Counted from the stretch's first letter, positions 12,168 through 26,369 are shown. The stretch is 64,000 nucleotides of DNA from Okamejei kenojei (GCA_035221665.1 CM069152.1:20584001-20648000); one strand, 5' to 3'. Notes: a model not told the origin generated them from the letters alone. Numbers and translations: made by a program.

Positions 12168-13200
12168 TAAGAACACAAGAAATAGGATCAGATGGTGACC
12201 ACGTGGTTCCTGCAGCCAGTTTTGCCTTTCAATAAGATCATGGTTAATCTTAGCATAAGTCTCAACTCTGCTTTCTTGCCTGTTCACCATAACCTTTATG
12301 CAGCCCAACTTTGAATAATCAAAGACCTGCTGGTGACATGGTCTTATTTCACTTCTTCCATCAGGACAAAAGTACAGGAACCTGAAAACTATAATCACCA
12401 GGTTCAAGAATAGCTTCTTCCACGCAATCATCAGGCACTTGAACACCTCACACTAACCGTACCAACATTTAACTTATATGGACTGTGTCTTTGGTTGCAC
12501 TAAGGAACTTGATTTTTACACACTTATGACTGCCATATTTTAATACTATTTTGCCTGCTTAGTATTAATTTATGGAATGTTTTAAAATATATGTTTTATC
12601 TTTATGTCATGAGTTGCTGCGAGTAAGAATGTAATTGTTCTGTTGTCAGTAATGTGACAAACACTGTTGGCTCACCTGACTCAAACCCAGCTGCCACATT
12701 TCTTCAGAATTGAGAATTCCAAATATTCACAAAGAAGACAGTGAATAAATTCCTTCTCGGTTTCTATGGGCACCTTGTTATCCTTGCCTGGAGTTGAGCC
12801 TTCCTCGGGGGACCACCCTTTCAAGAATCTTATACGTTTCAGTGACATTGACTTTCATTTCTCTGAACTTAAATCTACTTGATTTTTTTCCTCACAAAGT
12901 TATCCTTTTATCCCAGGAATCAATCTGAAGAACCTTTTGTGTACTGCCTCCAAAACAAGTAAGAGCTTCCTCAAATTAGATCAACACTGCAGTCAAGCAT
13001 GGTTTCACTAAAACCCTGCATCACTGTCACAAGACTTTCCCACTTTGGTCTTTCTCTTGAAATATAGACCAATATTCCTTAATCTCCCAAACATGTGCTG
13101 TACTGCATAGTTTCAGTATTTCTTGTACAAGAAAATCCAATCTTTTCAAAAGACCAGCATTCATTAGTCTATGAACATCTATGATATTCTGTATGATACT
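12168..13200 (-). mobile_element. Old degenerate CR1 LINE 3' part, split by a Rex/Babar insertion
   Basis: Tail ataagaacacaagaaatagg..caataagatcatgg. The body resumes at ~12690 (gagaattccaaatattcac, atcccaggaatcaatctg). Confidence 0.65.
12335..12685 (+). mobile_element. Rex1/Babar LINE 3' fragment nested in CR1
   Basis: Encodes LLPSGQKYRNLKTIITRFKNSFFHAIIRHLN, then 3'UTR (gctgcgagtaagaatgtaattgttctgttg). Confidence 0.75.
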
Positions 13201-13429
13201 CACCGTTAGGATGACTATAGCTTTAGTCTTTATCTCCATCCAATGTGCCACCTTTGAGCCAAAGTTATTTCTCATGCATGTTCTTTAATATTAAAACTAT
13301 CCCACCTCTTTCATTCAATATATTCGATGGAAATTCAAATAAGCTGGAATACAGTCATAGATCACAGCCATGAAACGATCAATATTAGGTTACAGAAAGA
13401 AATACATTTTACAAAATGAAATAGTAATA

Positions 13430-13790
13430 AGAGTATAATTTCTAAACTCCTGGACCTTGGACTTGGGATCTCTACTGCAAATTGCTTCTGGTCTTCCTGA
13501 CTGGCAAACCTCAGTCTGGTAGAATTGGTCAGAATATTTTCTCCACCCTGACCCTCAATGCTGGTGGTGCTTAGGGTTGTGTGTTCATTCCCTGCTCCTC
13601 TCCCTGTGCATCCATGACTGTGTGACCAAGTACTGTGCCAACCCGCTTGTTAAGTTCACCAATGATATCACTGTTGTCAGCCGCTTCAACAACAATAGGA
13701 ATGAGATTGGGAAGCTGGTGTCATGATGTTAGAACAACAACCTAGCCTTTAACGTCAGCAGGCCTAAATAGTTGGTTGACATAAAGAAGT
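13430..13790 (+). mobile_element. Rex1/Babar LINE RT fragment, degenerate
   Basis: Remnants of FLTGKPQSGRIG..STLTLNAG..GCV..SLCIHDCV..LVKFTNDITVV (family motif KFADDTTVVG). Confidence 0.7.
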
Positions 13791-14139
13791 GGGAGGGCTA
13801 GCAGGGCGTAAATGTAGTCGCCACGTTGATATTGTCAAAGATAATATTTTACATATCAAGATAGATACTCTAGAAAATATTTCCTACCTGAACAAATAGA
13901 TGTTTTCATTCTTTAAGGTTTTATATTAAACCAATGCAGAAAATACAAAAGGTAAAAGCTGATGAAAATGTTTTTGAATGGAAATAGTGAATGGAAATAT
14001 TGATAAATAAGGAATACCGTTACCATCCTAATTCAATCCCACCAAACAGCTCCAAACATGTTATTTGGATTTTTCATTCTGAATCAAATCTTTCTTCTCA
14101 GGCAATCCCTCAGGATCGACAATGACACAAGAGCCTGTA

Positions 14140-14260
14140 CATGCTGGAATCTTGTGCAAAACACAAAGTGCCTGGAGGGGCTCAACACCTGAAATGTTGC
14201 CTCTCCATTCCCTCCCCAGCTGCTGTCTGACCCGTTGAGTTCCTCTCGCACTTTGCAATT
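14140..14260. mobile_element. Short degenerate palindromic Penelope-derived element
   Basis: caaagtgc..ggaggggctcaac and gttgagttcctc..gcactttg form inverted arms related to the 52302 element. Confidence 0.55.
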
Positions 14261-17074
14261 TCCGCAGAATTGATGTTCCTCTCCAGCTTTCTGAGGCGAT
14301 GAGGCAATTGGGGACCTTAGACTCTTCCACAGATTAGAATGGACATGCCTAACGGAATGGGTAGGTGTGTAGCTTGAGACGGCGAGCTTCTGAACGCTCC
14401 TGATGCCATTTAATATCCATGTATAATTTGGGGGAAAGAGTAGGATGTGGAATGGCTACCTATTTTCTTTACAGAAAGCTGGCATATATCCAAGTTTCCT
14501 TCCTTAAACTTACAATATCAATACTGTTCACAGTCAATTTGTCCCATTGAATCGCATTTCAGTTACCTGACTAATAACCACCTTTTATCAGCTTTGCTGC
14601 ACAAATAATTTCAGATAGCACATTAATCAGGCAATAGGTTCCAAGCAAGCACTCAATAAGCAAGGAATTATGCATGTAATTAGCTAGTCAATGGGTCCCA
14701 GAAATAACAAAATGCCAATTTTATATAATTTGGTCAAGTTGCGAATTAAATGCAATGCATTTTTCAGAGAGAAACATAGTCAAATATTAATTTGGAGCCT
14801 GCTGTGGGCTTCAATGAAAAATAGTCTAACACAAGCTGCAGTGATCTCATTGCAAGTCAGTGGTGAGTCCATTCTCAATCAATTTAATTGCAATAATCAT
14901 ATCATTCACAACATGCTGAATGCAAGTTGAGTTATGTGAAAAGCAGCATCCCCTAATTAGATTAATCATTTTCAATCAGTAAGAAATCAAGCACCGTTGA
15001 ATTATTCTGCAATTTATAAAGTTATGCCTGGTGTTTTAACATTAAATTATGCTTTCATTACGCTGCACATAGAATAATGTACTTTGTGTATGTTATCACA
15101 TTCTCAGGTAACCATGCCTTCTGTTTTAACCCTTCAGGCCAGCTAAGAAGGCCAGTGATACCCAAATAGTTACGTAATTTCACATATACAAAAAGTGCAA
15201 CATCAAGTGAGTGCCTCAATTAGTGCAAGTGAGAATCAGAGAATTAAGAGGGTTTAAAGAGAATTTAGGCTCAAGAAATGGCCACCAGTGATAAGTGAGA
15301 CAAGTTGCTTTCAATACCTGTTTTCTATAAAGTCTTTCATCTATCTATAAGGTCCATGCCCACACAAAACCTCAGAGAAGCTTCCATTTCTACAGTATCT
15401 CATACAGCATTATTTGACATATCTTACTCCTCAACTAATGAACTCTGAGTTAAAACCAAAAAAACAAAATTTTCAGCAAGTCAAGCAGCTTCAATGAAGT
15501 ATGAAGGACCTTTCATCACAACTAAGGAACGAGATGGGCAAAAATTGTAAGTAGGTGGAAATTGGCCATAAAGTGATCAAACAATTTCTGCACAAGAGCA
15601 CGACCCCGTCGTCAATTTACCAGAAAATAAGCCAAAGGAAAGGGTGTATAGTATGTAGACATATGTGTATTATTCCATATTACCCACAACATGACAAGTA
15701 TAGCATGATTCATTTGATTCCCATTGCTACAAGTTAGATCATCAAGTTGGGTTATTGCCATATGTAGAAGTGCGGAGAAGTACGGGCACTATGAAAATTC
15801 TGCTTGCAGCAGCGTCACAGGCACATAGACTCAGAATAAACGCACAAATACAAATTGTACATAAATGATAAATATATTACACGCAACATTTCTAAAAGAA
15901 AGAAGACTGTGTAAAAATCAAGACGTTTGTTGCAAAAAACATGAATAGAATTGAAGATGTTCGGCAACATCCGGGTGGGGGAACTGGATTCATTGGGTCT
16001 CAGTTCAAGGTAACCACAGAGCTAAAGTGCTGGGTTACATTGAAGAGAAAGGGGTATTGGGGTGGTGGGATATTGAAGAATGGAATTAGGGAGCCTTTAT
16101 ATAAGGGATAAAATACTTAATGAGGAGGGGACAACAAAGACAATAATTCAATCCAGCAAAGTTTGGCCCTATAAAACACAAAACCCGAGCCTCTGTTTTA
16201 TCTCCAATACTAATTCTTTAATTCCTACTGTTTGTTAACTCATCTTTCTCTCTGTTCTACTCATTCTGGTTCTCATATAATTGCTTTTGTTTCCATTTGC
16301 CTCACTCATGCATTGCCTGCACAAATGTAATCAATGTGACTTTACTGAGATCGAGGGTAGCTCTGACATTGACTGGGAATTGACCAGAAAAGATGCTGCT
16401 ATTCGATATCACTCTTCATTTATCTCATTGGGACTTGGCTACATATTAGATCCACTATCGCCATAATTTTGATTTTTTGTTTGAAGTGTTGGAGTCTCAG
16501 GTACAAGTCCATCTAAATTGTCCAAAAGCATAGACTGCATAAACTATCATCTCTCTCATTCTGTGTCACAGAACCAGCTTTCTGGAAGATATTGATTTAT
16601 CAAGCAGCTAGTGCAGACTTATCGCATTAAGAAACTTCTTAGATCTAACGAGGAGGAAAAAATGTGGGTTGCATTAATCTGTGAGGATCTCATTAAATAT
16701 GAGAAATAAAGGCAACTTACTCAGATGGAGCTTTGAGGGAGGCCTTGAGGAGAAACTAGAGCAGTGAAAATAGGGAGAAAACAACCACTATACGGACTGA
16801 AGGACTAACGCATTACATATCACCCAGGTGGGAAAAGGGTAATGTTGATAAGTTACAGAAGAAAATATTTCAAAGTAGGCTGTTTTACTAGGCACGGCAC
16901 TTCGAGCCTGGATATGTGATGGCACCTGTAGAAATTAGTCCAATTAGAGTTGGTAATCTGCAGCCTGAACAAAATAGAGATCATGCAATGTAGGTGATAT
17001 ACAAACGATGTTAGCTACATTGGCATCCATATTTTAAACATAACTGATCAAAATTGTCTTGGAGAAAGTGGTCA

Positions 17075-17970
17075 TCGAGTGGTTATGGAGGCTTGTTTTT
17101 ATAATGGAGGCCTGTGACAGTGGAGAACCGCAGGAGTTGACATTAGGTCCACTGTATATTCGCAAATGATATCACAACTGGTGGGATAGTCGACAGTGAG
17201 GATGGGTATCCAAATATACAAGACGATCAGTTAGGAATGTGGGTCAAGGAATGGCAAATAAAATTTAACTCGGACAAGTGTGAGGTATTGCACTTTGGTA
17301 TGTCAAACCACGGCAGGACATGCATGGTAATTGGTAGAGCCTTAGAGAGTGTTGCAGAACAGAGAGATCTGGAAGTACGGGTGCATGGATCCCTGAAAGT
17401 GGCGAGTCAGGTGGATAGGGTGGTGAAGACAGCGTTCGTCTTGCTTACCTTCACTGGCATGGGTACTGAGTAGAAAAGCTTGCACATCATAATGCAGCTG
17501 TACAAAATTTACCAGAATGTTTCCTGGACATGGGCCTTGAGTTATAGGTAAAGGTTGGATAGTCTGCGACTTTTTTCTTTGGAGCATAGGAGTCCGTGCG
17601 GTGAGATTATTGAAGTGAACAAGATCAGGAGGGGCATGGATAAAATGAATACAGTCTCTTTCCCAGGGTAGAGGATGCCAAAACTCACATTAAGCATAGG
17701 CTTAAGGAGAGAGATTTAAGAGGGAGCTCAGGGGCAATCTTTTCACTCAGAGGGTAGTCTGTGGCTGGAATGAACTGCCAAAAGAAGCTACAGAAGCAGA
17801 TATAATTATGACTTTAAAAAGACATTTGGACAGACATATGGATAAGAAGGGTTTGGAGGGATATGAGCTAAATGCAGGCAAATGGGATTAGCCTAGAATT
17901 CCAACTTACTCGGCATGAACAAGGTGGGCTGTTGTGCCTATATCCATGCTACACAGCTCTATGACTCTAA
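17075..17970 (+). mobile_element. HER1/CR1 LINE 3' fragment
   Basis: ORF WQIKFNSDKCEVLHFG..EQRDLEVRVHGSLKVASQVDRVVK. Tail ..gctctatgactctaa. Confidence 0.85.
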
Positions 17971-19799
17971 GCATTTGTAAGACCAGCGGGGTGGATTTGC
18001 CAGCTGCTGCAGGACTACAGGCATTTGCTAACATTTCAAACTTGCAAACTGTTTGAGCTATGTTTCAGTCACATCTCGCAATCAGTTGGAAGACCACTGC
18101 AAAACCACAACCTTACCACACTAGAACACACATTGTAAAATATTTATTTGAATATTTTTAATATGGGTCATTAGTTTATTTAAAATCTAAACCAATAATG
18201 TTGACAAGATTTACAAGAGTAAACCATTAAAAAGGCAAAATAAAGGAATGCAATTAAACCATGGAATAGAAGTTTGACTAATAGAAGTTTGAAATAATCT
18301 TCATACTGTGCCGTAGGACCGAGAGGTTTGTTAATAGATTAGCTGAACAGCTGTTGCGCGAAAAAAGTATTCATCTGTTGGCAACGCTGCACTTTGGGAG
18401 GTATTACAAAATTTAAAAAAATTTCAGAAAATAGATGTAACTATACTGGTTCCGATAACCTGGAAACAACAGTGCACTGCTGTAATCTGAAGCTGCAGTT
18501 ATTACTTGTATAATGTGTGCACCTCATTATACAAGTCACTTGTACTGAGACAGAAATAGCCAGGAGTGAAATTCACCCATCAAACTCAGTGTTGGGAAAT
18601 ACAACAGAAAATAAGCTGCTCCTCTATCAAGTCCAAGCAATAATAGTTAGAAAGAACCATTTATTCTCCTGTCGAATATAATTCCAAAACATAAGCTTGC
18701 AGCCATTTTGTTCTGATTCTTCTCTCAATGAGTAGAAAGACAGACCCTGTTCCCTGACTGCTATTAATATAATTTCAGGGATTGATTTCTGCTCTTGCAA
18801 TAATAGGCTCATTAACTAGATGCATTACTGGGCCTAAGGTGCATAATGTTTTTTTGTTGCTGATATGCCATTTATCTCGGGTTTTCTTTAAAGCTTTTTT
18901 GAAAATTGCAGAATAACAATCTGGCAGCTCGGTGACTTGTTTAAGTTTGCTGCTGCAGAAATCGAGATAGCCTGAAAAATCTCTAATGACCCAACATCGT
19001 CCCTTCCATAACACAATCAATCATTTTTATAATCTACTCTGCCATTATAATGCCAAGCAAAATAAGTTTAGAAAAAACAACTTTCTCAAAAACGTCTATA
19101 ATTCCCACATTTGGTGTATATCAAAGTTCATGGGCGCCAATTATATCAGCAGTTTGTCCACATAGTATGATCCCGCAAGAATCCATGAGATGAAATAGAA
19201 CTAGCAGTGTAATACTTTGCAGCGGGTTATGTGTAGATCAGGACACTAGAGGGACTCATTTTCAATATCATGGGACTTATAACCCCCCCCCCCGAACTAG
19301 TGAATGGGGATTCATTTTATCTGAAATATTATTGCCTGGAAAGTGGTAAGTGGATTGCATATTGTTGATGCACTGAAACAAACAATGAAGCAAACTTGCA
19401 AGGAATTCAATGACCTCTTAAGATATGGCAAGGTGAGAGCTGCATGAAATATATACTGCTCTCTCATACAGACACATTCTCACACACACACTAATTCCGA
19501 GAATCCATACCCCCATTACCCCATTATTAACACTGTATTCGCCTCCAAATGAGGCTGCCTACAAATACAGGTCAATGAACAAATTATTCAGGGTCCTTAA
19601 TCACCTTCATTTAGGCTCACAGTACAAATTGTGTGTGGTGATAACAAGTATGAAGATCATTTAGTTTACGTGGCGATAATTATTGTGCGGACTGTTCAGA
19701 AGTATCAGCCCTCCAAAGGAATCTATTATTACCCATCTGAACATGCGTCTCCCTTTTTTCCAGTTCTCGATGAGGAAACATTCTGATATTGCGCATGAA

Positions 19800-20158
19800 G
19801 ATTCATGTAAACACAAAGAATGCTCTTCAACACTTCTGTTTCCTTAGAAGATTGAGGAGATTTAGTGCACAGGAAATACTCTAACATCGACAGATTTATA
19901 GGAGACAGCGTACTCACTGGTTGCATCACGACCTGGTTTGGTAACTCAAATAGCCAGGCATGAAGGTTACAGAGATTGGTAGGTACTGCCCGGACATTAG
20001 TATTACAGTTATTGATTTATTGAAATTTTCAATTATTATATATTATCTCTATGTATTGTGTTTACGGGCCTGTTAAACTGCTTCAGATAAGAATGTCATT
20101 GTTCTGTTGCTGGTACAGATGATAATTAAACACTCTTGACTGTCTCTTGACTCTTGAA
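19800..20158 (+). mobile_element. Rex1/Babar LINE fragment with internal deletion and (ctcttga)n tail
   Basis: FLRRLRRF..LTGCITTWFGNS motif, then 3'UTR ending ctcttgactgtctcttgactcttga. Confidence 0.7.
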
Positions 20159-20698
20159 ATTTCCCTTGGAAACTTCATGCTCCTCCACTTCTTCCTCCCT
20201 GAGGCTTGAGATCTCCGGGCTGCCTTATCTCAAGTTCTGTTTGGCAAATTATATACAGTGCAGAACACTTTATTGAAGTCTCAACTCCTGGTTGATGTGT
20301 ACTGATAAAGGCAGCATAATCTGATTTACAGGAGACCAGCAATTTATTTTTACACCCACTCTTAGACTTACATGCCCATTGTTATAATATAGCTCATCTA
20401 GAATGTGAACAGGCGCCAAAAGCCATTGAACAGAAGGAAGCACTTGTCTGCCCAGATCTGATCCCCAGACTGTGGTGGCAGCTGGAAATGACAAGCAATG
20501 CAGACTATTGAAGGATGAAGGAGTTTGAAAGCTGACAGCTGACATTGACCATCATTTTATCATGACCCATCCTGGATATTCAAGAAGTCGGAAGCCCTTT
20601 TTATTATGAACATATCCAGATTATTCAAGGGAGCCTTTTGGGAATGTGAGACCAGACAATGGCTGCCTGCACACCAGGGCAGGTTGACAAAATTCAAT

Positions 20699-21828
20699 AC
20701 ATAGAAACATAGAAACATAGAAATTAAGTGCAGGAGCAGGCCATTCGGCCCTTCGAGCCTGCACCGCCATTCAATATGATCATGGCTGATCATCCAACTC
20801 AGTATCCTGTACCTGCCTTCTCTCTATAGCCCCGATCCCTTCAGCCACAAGGGCCACATCCAACTCCCTCTTAAATATGGCCAACGAACTGGCCTCAACT
20901 ACCTTCTGTGGCAGAGAATTTCACATTCACCACTCTCTGTGAAAAACGATTTTCTCATCTCGGTCCTAAAAGACTTCCCCCTTATTCTTAAACTGTGACC
21001 CCTTGTCCTGGACTTCCCCAACATCGGGAACAATCTTCCTGCATCTAGCCTGTCCAACCCCTTAAGAATTTTGTAAGTCTCTATGAGATCACCCCTCAAT
21101 CTTCTAAATTCCAGCGAGTACAAGCCAAGTCTATCCAGTCTTTATTCATATGGAAGTCGTACCATCCCAGGAATCAGTCTGGTGAACCTTCTCTGTACTC
21201 CCTCTATGGCAAGAATGTCTTTCCTCAGATTAGGAGACCAAAACTGTACGCAATACTCCAGGTGTGGCCTCACCAAGACCCTGTACAACTGCAGCAGAAC
21301 GTCCCTGCTCTTGTACTCAAATCCTTTTGCTATGAATGCCAACATACCATTCGCTTTCTTCACAGCCTGCTGCACCTGCATGCCTACTTTCAATGACTGG
21401 TGTACCATGACACCCAGGTCTCGCTGCATCTCCCCTTTTCCTAATTAGTGACCATTCAAATAATAGTCTACCTTCATGTTTTTGCCACCAAAGTGGATAA
21501 CCTCACATTTATCCACATTATACTGCATCTGCCATGCATTTGCCCACTCACCCAGTCTATCCAAGTCATCCTGCAGCCTCCTAGCATCCTCCTCACAGCT
21601 AACACTGCCCCCCAGCTTCGTGTCATCCGCAAACTTCGAGATGTTGCATTTAATTCCCTCGTCCAAATCATTAATGTATATTGTAAATAGCTGGGGTCCC
21701 AGCACTGAGCCTTGCGGCACCCCACTAGTCACTGTCTGCCATCCTGAAAAGGACCCGTTCACTCCTACTCATTGCTTCCTGTCTGCCAGCCAGTTCTCTA
21801 TCCACATCAATACTGAACCACCAATACC
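20699..21828 (-). mobile_element. Young CR1 LINE 3' fragment with (TTTCTATG)n tail
   Basis: ORFs give SGVPQGSVLGPQLFTIYINDLDEGIKCNISKFADDTKLGG.. and KKANGMLAFIAKGFEYKSRDVLLQLYRVLVRPHLEYCVQFWSP. (atagaaac)n at 20699-20724. Confidence 0.93.
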
Positions 21829-21929
21829 CGAGATTCCCAATTCCCTTCGCTAAAATGAAAGCAAGGAAAGTCATTCCTCAGTTCCTAATGCTGTGTTGAG
21901 TAGCAAACTGAAAAAATATGTCAGTAATC

Positions 21930-22200
21930 AGTAGCAGCCGATGGAACGAGCTGAAAACATGAAAATGTGAGTCGCAATGATCTTCAGAAAGACAAGTTCA
22001 GGCATGAGAATGTCACAGATCTCTATTACTATAGCCTTAGAAAGCTGGAGCCTGTAAATACAATGCTCATCAGAGAGGCTTTGTTGCAAACTGGAGTCTC
22101 TGTTCATCATGTCTTTATGGAAAGACATTCTTGGAGGGCCATGAGTTACTTACCTCAAAGCCTTTGTGATGAAGTGCTGCCAGTGAATGAGTGAACAGGT
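21930..22200 (-). mobile_element. Probable degenerate Harbinger (HARBI1-like) transposase N-terminal fragment
   Basis: SLSDEHCIYRLQLSKAIVIEICDILMPEL resembles the Harbinger transposase N-terminal motif (LSDE.C..R.RL....V.E.C.LL). Confidence 0.45.
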
Positions 22201-22309
22201 GGCCAAATGCCCCAACAAGCATTATCTGCTGGTGTAAGTATGTACTGTTCACTTTTGAGAGGCTGTAATCAGTTCCGGAGCTGCCTTCCAGAACTGGGTC
22301 CCTGCTCAT

Positions 22310-23310
22310 CCCAATGCAACTGAATCCTCCACTTCATCATTGGCAGACCACAAACAGTATGAATTGGCAACAGCACTTCCTCCCTGATAATCATCAGCAC
22401 CTCAAGGCCGTAAGCTCAGTTTTCTGGTCAACTCACTCTATACCCACGACTGAGTAGCCAGACACAGCTCCAACGCTATCTTTCAATTCACCGATGATAC
22501 CATCATAGTTTGCGGAATAATGGTTAATGATAAATCAGAGTATAGGAGGGAGATTGAAAATCTGATTGAATGGTGCCAGAACAACAATCTTGCTGTCAAC
22601 GCTAGCAAGACCAAGGAGCTGATTGTTGTCTTTATAAGGGGAAATCCGAGGATCCATGAACTCGTCTTCATCGACGGGTTGGCGGTGGAGTGAGACAACC
22701 ACTTCAAGTTCTTGAGATACATGTCTTTGAAGATTTGGCCTGGGCACAGTACATCGAGGCAATCATAAAGAAAATCCGTCAATGCTTCTAATTTCTCAGA
22801 GATTGTGGTGAGTTGGTATGTCAATGAATTTCTACAGGTGTATGTCAGAGCATTTTGACGTTGCATTGTGGCCTGGTTTAGCATCTCAAACACACAGGAA
22901 CAAAAGAGAACAGAGAAAGTGGTAAACACTGTCCGGTCCATCACAGGTACTGACACCCTCACCATTAAAGGGATATAATGGAGTCACTGTCTCAAAAAGG
23001 CAGCCAATAGCATCAGACCCACATCACCCTGACCTCACTCTCATTTCACTCCTACCATCATGAATACCATCATCTTAAAACTGTGACTACCAGTTTCACA
23101 AATAGCTTCTTCCCAACAATCATCAGACCCTTCACTACACAACACAAACCTCAACTATGAACTATGAACTGTCTTTAGTTGCACAAAGTTCTTTGGCTTC
23201 TTTGCACTAGTATTGTGGTTAATATATTTTTTTGTTATATATTATCTATGTGTATTTTATTTACAGACCTGTGATGCTGCTGCAAATAAGAATGTCATTA
23301 TTCATTAAAC
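22310..23310 (+). mobile_element. Rex1/Babar LINE RT plus 3' end
   Basis: Plus-strand remnants YTHD*VARHSSNAIFQFTDDTIIV..EYRREIENLIEWCQNNNLAVNASKTKELIV and FTNSFFPTIIR, followed by 3'UTR. Confidence 0.85.
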
Positions 23311-24429
23311 AGTCTTGTGAAAAGGCCTAATGTCAGCAAAGCCACTTTAAATCCCAAATAAATCAAGAATATAAGCAAGTTCTGCTCCTGGTTCTCCTGT
23401 GGCTGCTCCCTGTTATGGTTGTTTTGTAGAGCCAAGAGCTCCAACTTAAGTTAATAGGGGATGAAACGTGTGTTGCATGTAGACTAAGATTATTAGGTGC
23501 ATTTCTGGCACTTGGAAAATGTCAGGCCAATAAAGCAGAAGTGCCTGGTTTATTTTCACAATTGGTATGATTTCACCTGGAAATTATCGTTAATAAGATT
23601 TGCTCTGCCTAAAATTAACTTTGGATTGTATAGAGTAAACACAGTGCCTCACCCTCCAATTTCTAACAACGTAATTTCAACATTATGAGTGAGGATTCCA
23701 CAACTTCTGACCATATTATTTTCTTATGTATTTACCTAGCCAGTTCTAGTAATGTAGCACTCCCTTGGTTCTAACTGGTGTCACCATGGTACTATTTAGA
23801 AGATCAAAGTCATCATTCCCCTTTCTCACAGTAGGGAATACTAGCTTCTGAGACAAGACCCAATTCCATGAAATAGTTGATTTCTAGCAAGGATTTAGCA
23901 TGTGGCTGTATTACTTGCATAATAAAAAGGAAGGAGTTGTAATATGATGCTAACCTACCATCAGTCCAATTCAGCTCTATCTAGGAGGAAATATTCATTT
24001 GGTTTTCCTATGCATGTGCTACAATAGGAGTTGTATCAAAATTCAACTCAAGGTGTACTTTGATTTTTTTTTTAATAGCTCAATTCCATGTTAGTTCATT
24101 GGTTACTTTTCATTTTATTTCCAATTCTCCTCCACCATCTCCCCAAACTCTCACAGCATTTGCACAAATCACAAAAAATGCCACGATTGATTAACCCAAA
24201 TGTTTGTTTAGTGGCTTTATGAAACACAGCTTGCAGAATTTTTAAAGTTGAATTGATTCTTGTACAATCTATTGCACTCCTTTTGATTTTACCTCCTTTC
24301 TTTAAAATTGGGGCTTTACCCCCTCAGTCAGACTTATCATCAGCGGTTGTCACCCAAAGGTATGGACAAACAGTCTTGAAACGTCAGTGCAAATACAACT
24401 GTGGCTACTGTGCAATTTATATTCAGTTA

Positions 24430-25380
24430 ATAATCTGGAATCTTAACAAAATCTCACGTTATTAATGATAATCATTAAATTACCAGATCATTGTTAAAAC
24501 CCATCTGGTTCACTTACGTGGATATGTCACCCTTCTCCTGTCTAGCCTGTACGTGACACCAGACCAGTGGCTGATTATTGAATGCCCTCCAGAAAACTAT
24601 TCAGTTGCAACACATTAAATATGACAAAGTATAAAACCAGATGGACCATTTGATATCAAACTAGGTACCAAATTTGGAAACAGCAAGTTATTTCACAGCG
24701 CAGATGAGTTTGCAATTTCCATCTCACAACATCAGGGAACTGATGACTAGTTTAGAAGAGCTATCCCACACATTTTCTAGGGCAACAGCTTGACTTGATC
24801 TCCTCACAGAGTCATATCCTACAAATCAATATCCTAGACTAGTCCCTCACAATCCTTGTGTACTGATTGTTTTTCAGCCTGAATGGGGCAATACAATGGG
24901 AAACAGGTGGGAAGAATAGTACTGGTAATCCTCAAATTTGACTCCAAACCCAAACTTCCATGCAATTAAGTCAAATATGGGAATGGAAACTGCCTTCTTA
25001 TTGCTACCTACATTCCTCTCTCAATTTATGGATCAGTGTTCCCACATGGTGAACCATGTTTGGAAGAAACATTGAAGTAGCAGTGGGAACAAATGAACTT
25101 TGAGTGATGGGTTTGGGGGGAGAACCATCACAAAGCAAGCTGGCTCAGTGATGGACATAACTGTCAACGGAATTGGTGGCAGTAACTGCGTGAATCTACG
25201 ATCTACAACCAGTGGTAAGTGACACAGCTTGCGTGATGGTAGAAGCGACCATCAAACTGTCCATCTGATAATGTTCCATCTTCACAGCAAAGGCACCTTC
25301 TATGTTCATGATATGAGAGGTAGATTCAGGACAAATCTGGCTGTTCAAAACCCCTCCAGGGTTACACTTGATCCCAGTTG
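24430..25380 (+). mobile_element. Old CR1-group LINE, 5' region and endonuclease remnant
   Basis: aaaacccatctggttcac leader, then LEELSHT..QQLDL..LTESY endonuclease-like remnants. Heavily decayed. Confidence 0.5.
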
Positions 25381-25564
25381 TAACATAGGAATGCAGATAT
25401 GTTAGTCACTAAAGACAGCATACCATAGACAGGTTCAAGTGGTTCTTGGTTCATTCTTTTATTTCCACCCTTCACAGAACACTTGCCCACGCAATTGAAA
25501 GTGAGGTGCAACACCTGCCCTTTATCTCTCCTTTCTATTATCCAGCGATCAAAATATTCACGCT

Positions 25565-26010
25565 GAATGAGGCCGTGGCTCACTTATATTTCTCTCTCTC
25601 CAGTGTACTGCATTCAGCATCTATAATCTGGTCTCCTCTGCACTGGAGATATCAAACATATCGTTTTGCAGAACGTTCAGTCTGCAAAGGCAACTCAGAG
25701 TTTCTGCTCACTTTCCTGTCACTTTCATTCTCTGCTCTACTGCCACTTAAATCCATCTTTTAGTCTATTACAATATTCCAATAAAGCCCAACATAAGCGT
25801 ACGAATGAGAATCTTCAATGAGGCACATTACAACCTTTAAAGCTCAATATCAAATTCAACAGCTTTAGATTTCCAACCTGGCCGGTGCAGATGAAAGGTC
25901 ATCAACCTACATTATTGACTCTGTGTTTTGTCTTTCTCAATGCTACCTGATGATGAGTATTTCTGGCATACTCTTTTAGTTCAGATAGGCAGAGCAATTG
26001 CAGTATTTTG
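25565..26010 (+). mobile_element. Old Penelope-like element 3' remnant (GIY-YIG domain plus decayed terminal repeat)
   Basis: VYCIQ..SGLLCTGDIK..RFAE and FNSFRF remnants, followed by gcagatgaaaggtcatcaacct (decayed ribozyme position). Confidence 0.6.
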
Positions 26011-26059
26011 CAGCTCATAGTTCCGACATTGTAACCAAGTGTGGGCTCATCAGGCTCTC

Positions 26060-26360
26060 CTGTCTATTCAACTTACTTTCATCACCTACTATACCGACTT
26101 CCAGCCTTCTTACCTTCCTCGCTCCTTCATTGGATCCCAGCCCTCTGCCAAACTAGTTTAACCCCTCCCAAGCAACACTAGCAAACCTGCCCGCCAGGAT
26201 ATTGTTTCGCCCCTCTAGTTCAGGTACTCTTGTAGAAGTCACCTCTGCCCCAGAAGAGATTCCAATGGTCTACAAATCTGAATCTCTGCCTGCTGCACCA
26301 ACTCCTCAGTGACGCATTCATCTGCCCTGTCTTCCTGTTCCTACCCTCACTAGCAGGTTA
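26060..26360 (-). mobile_element. CR1 LINE ORF1 esterase-domain fragment
   Basis: Minus strand reads ASEGRNRKTGQMNASLRSWCSRQRFRFVDHWNLFWGRGDFYK..NILAGRFASVAWEGLN*. Confidence 0.75.
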
Positions 26361-26369
26361 AAGGTTAGG

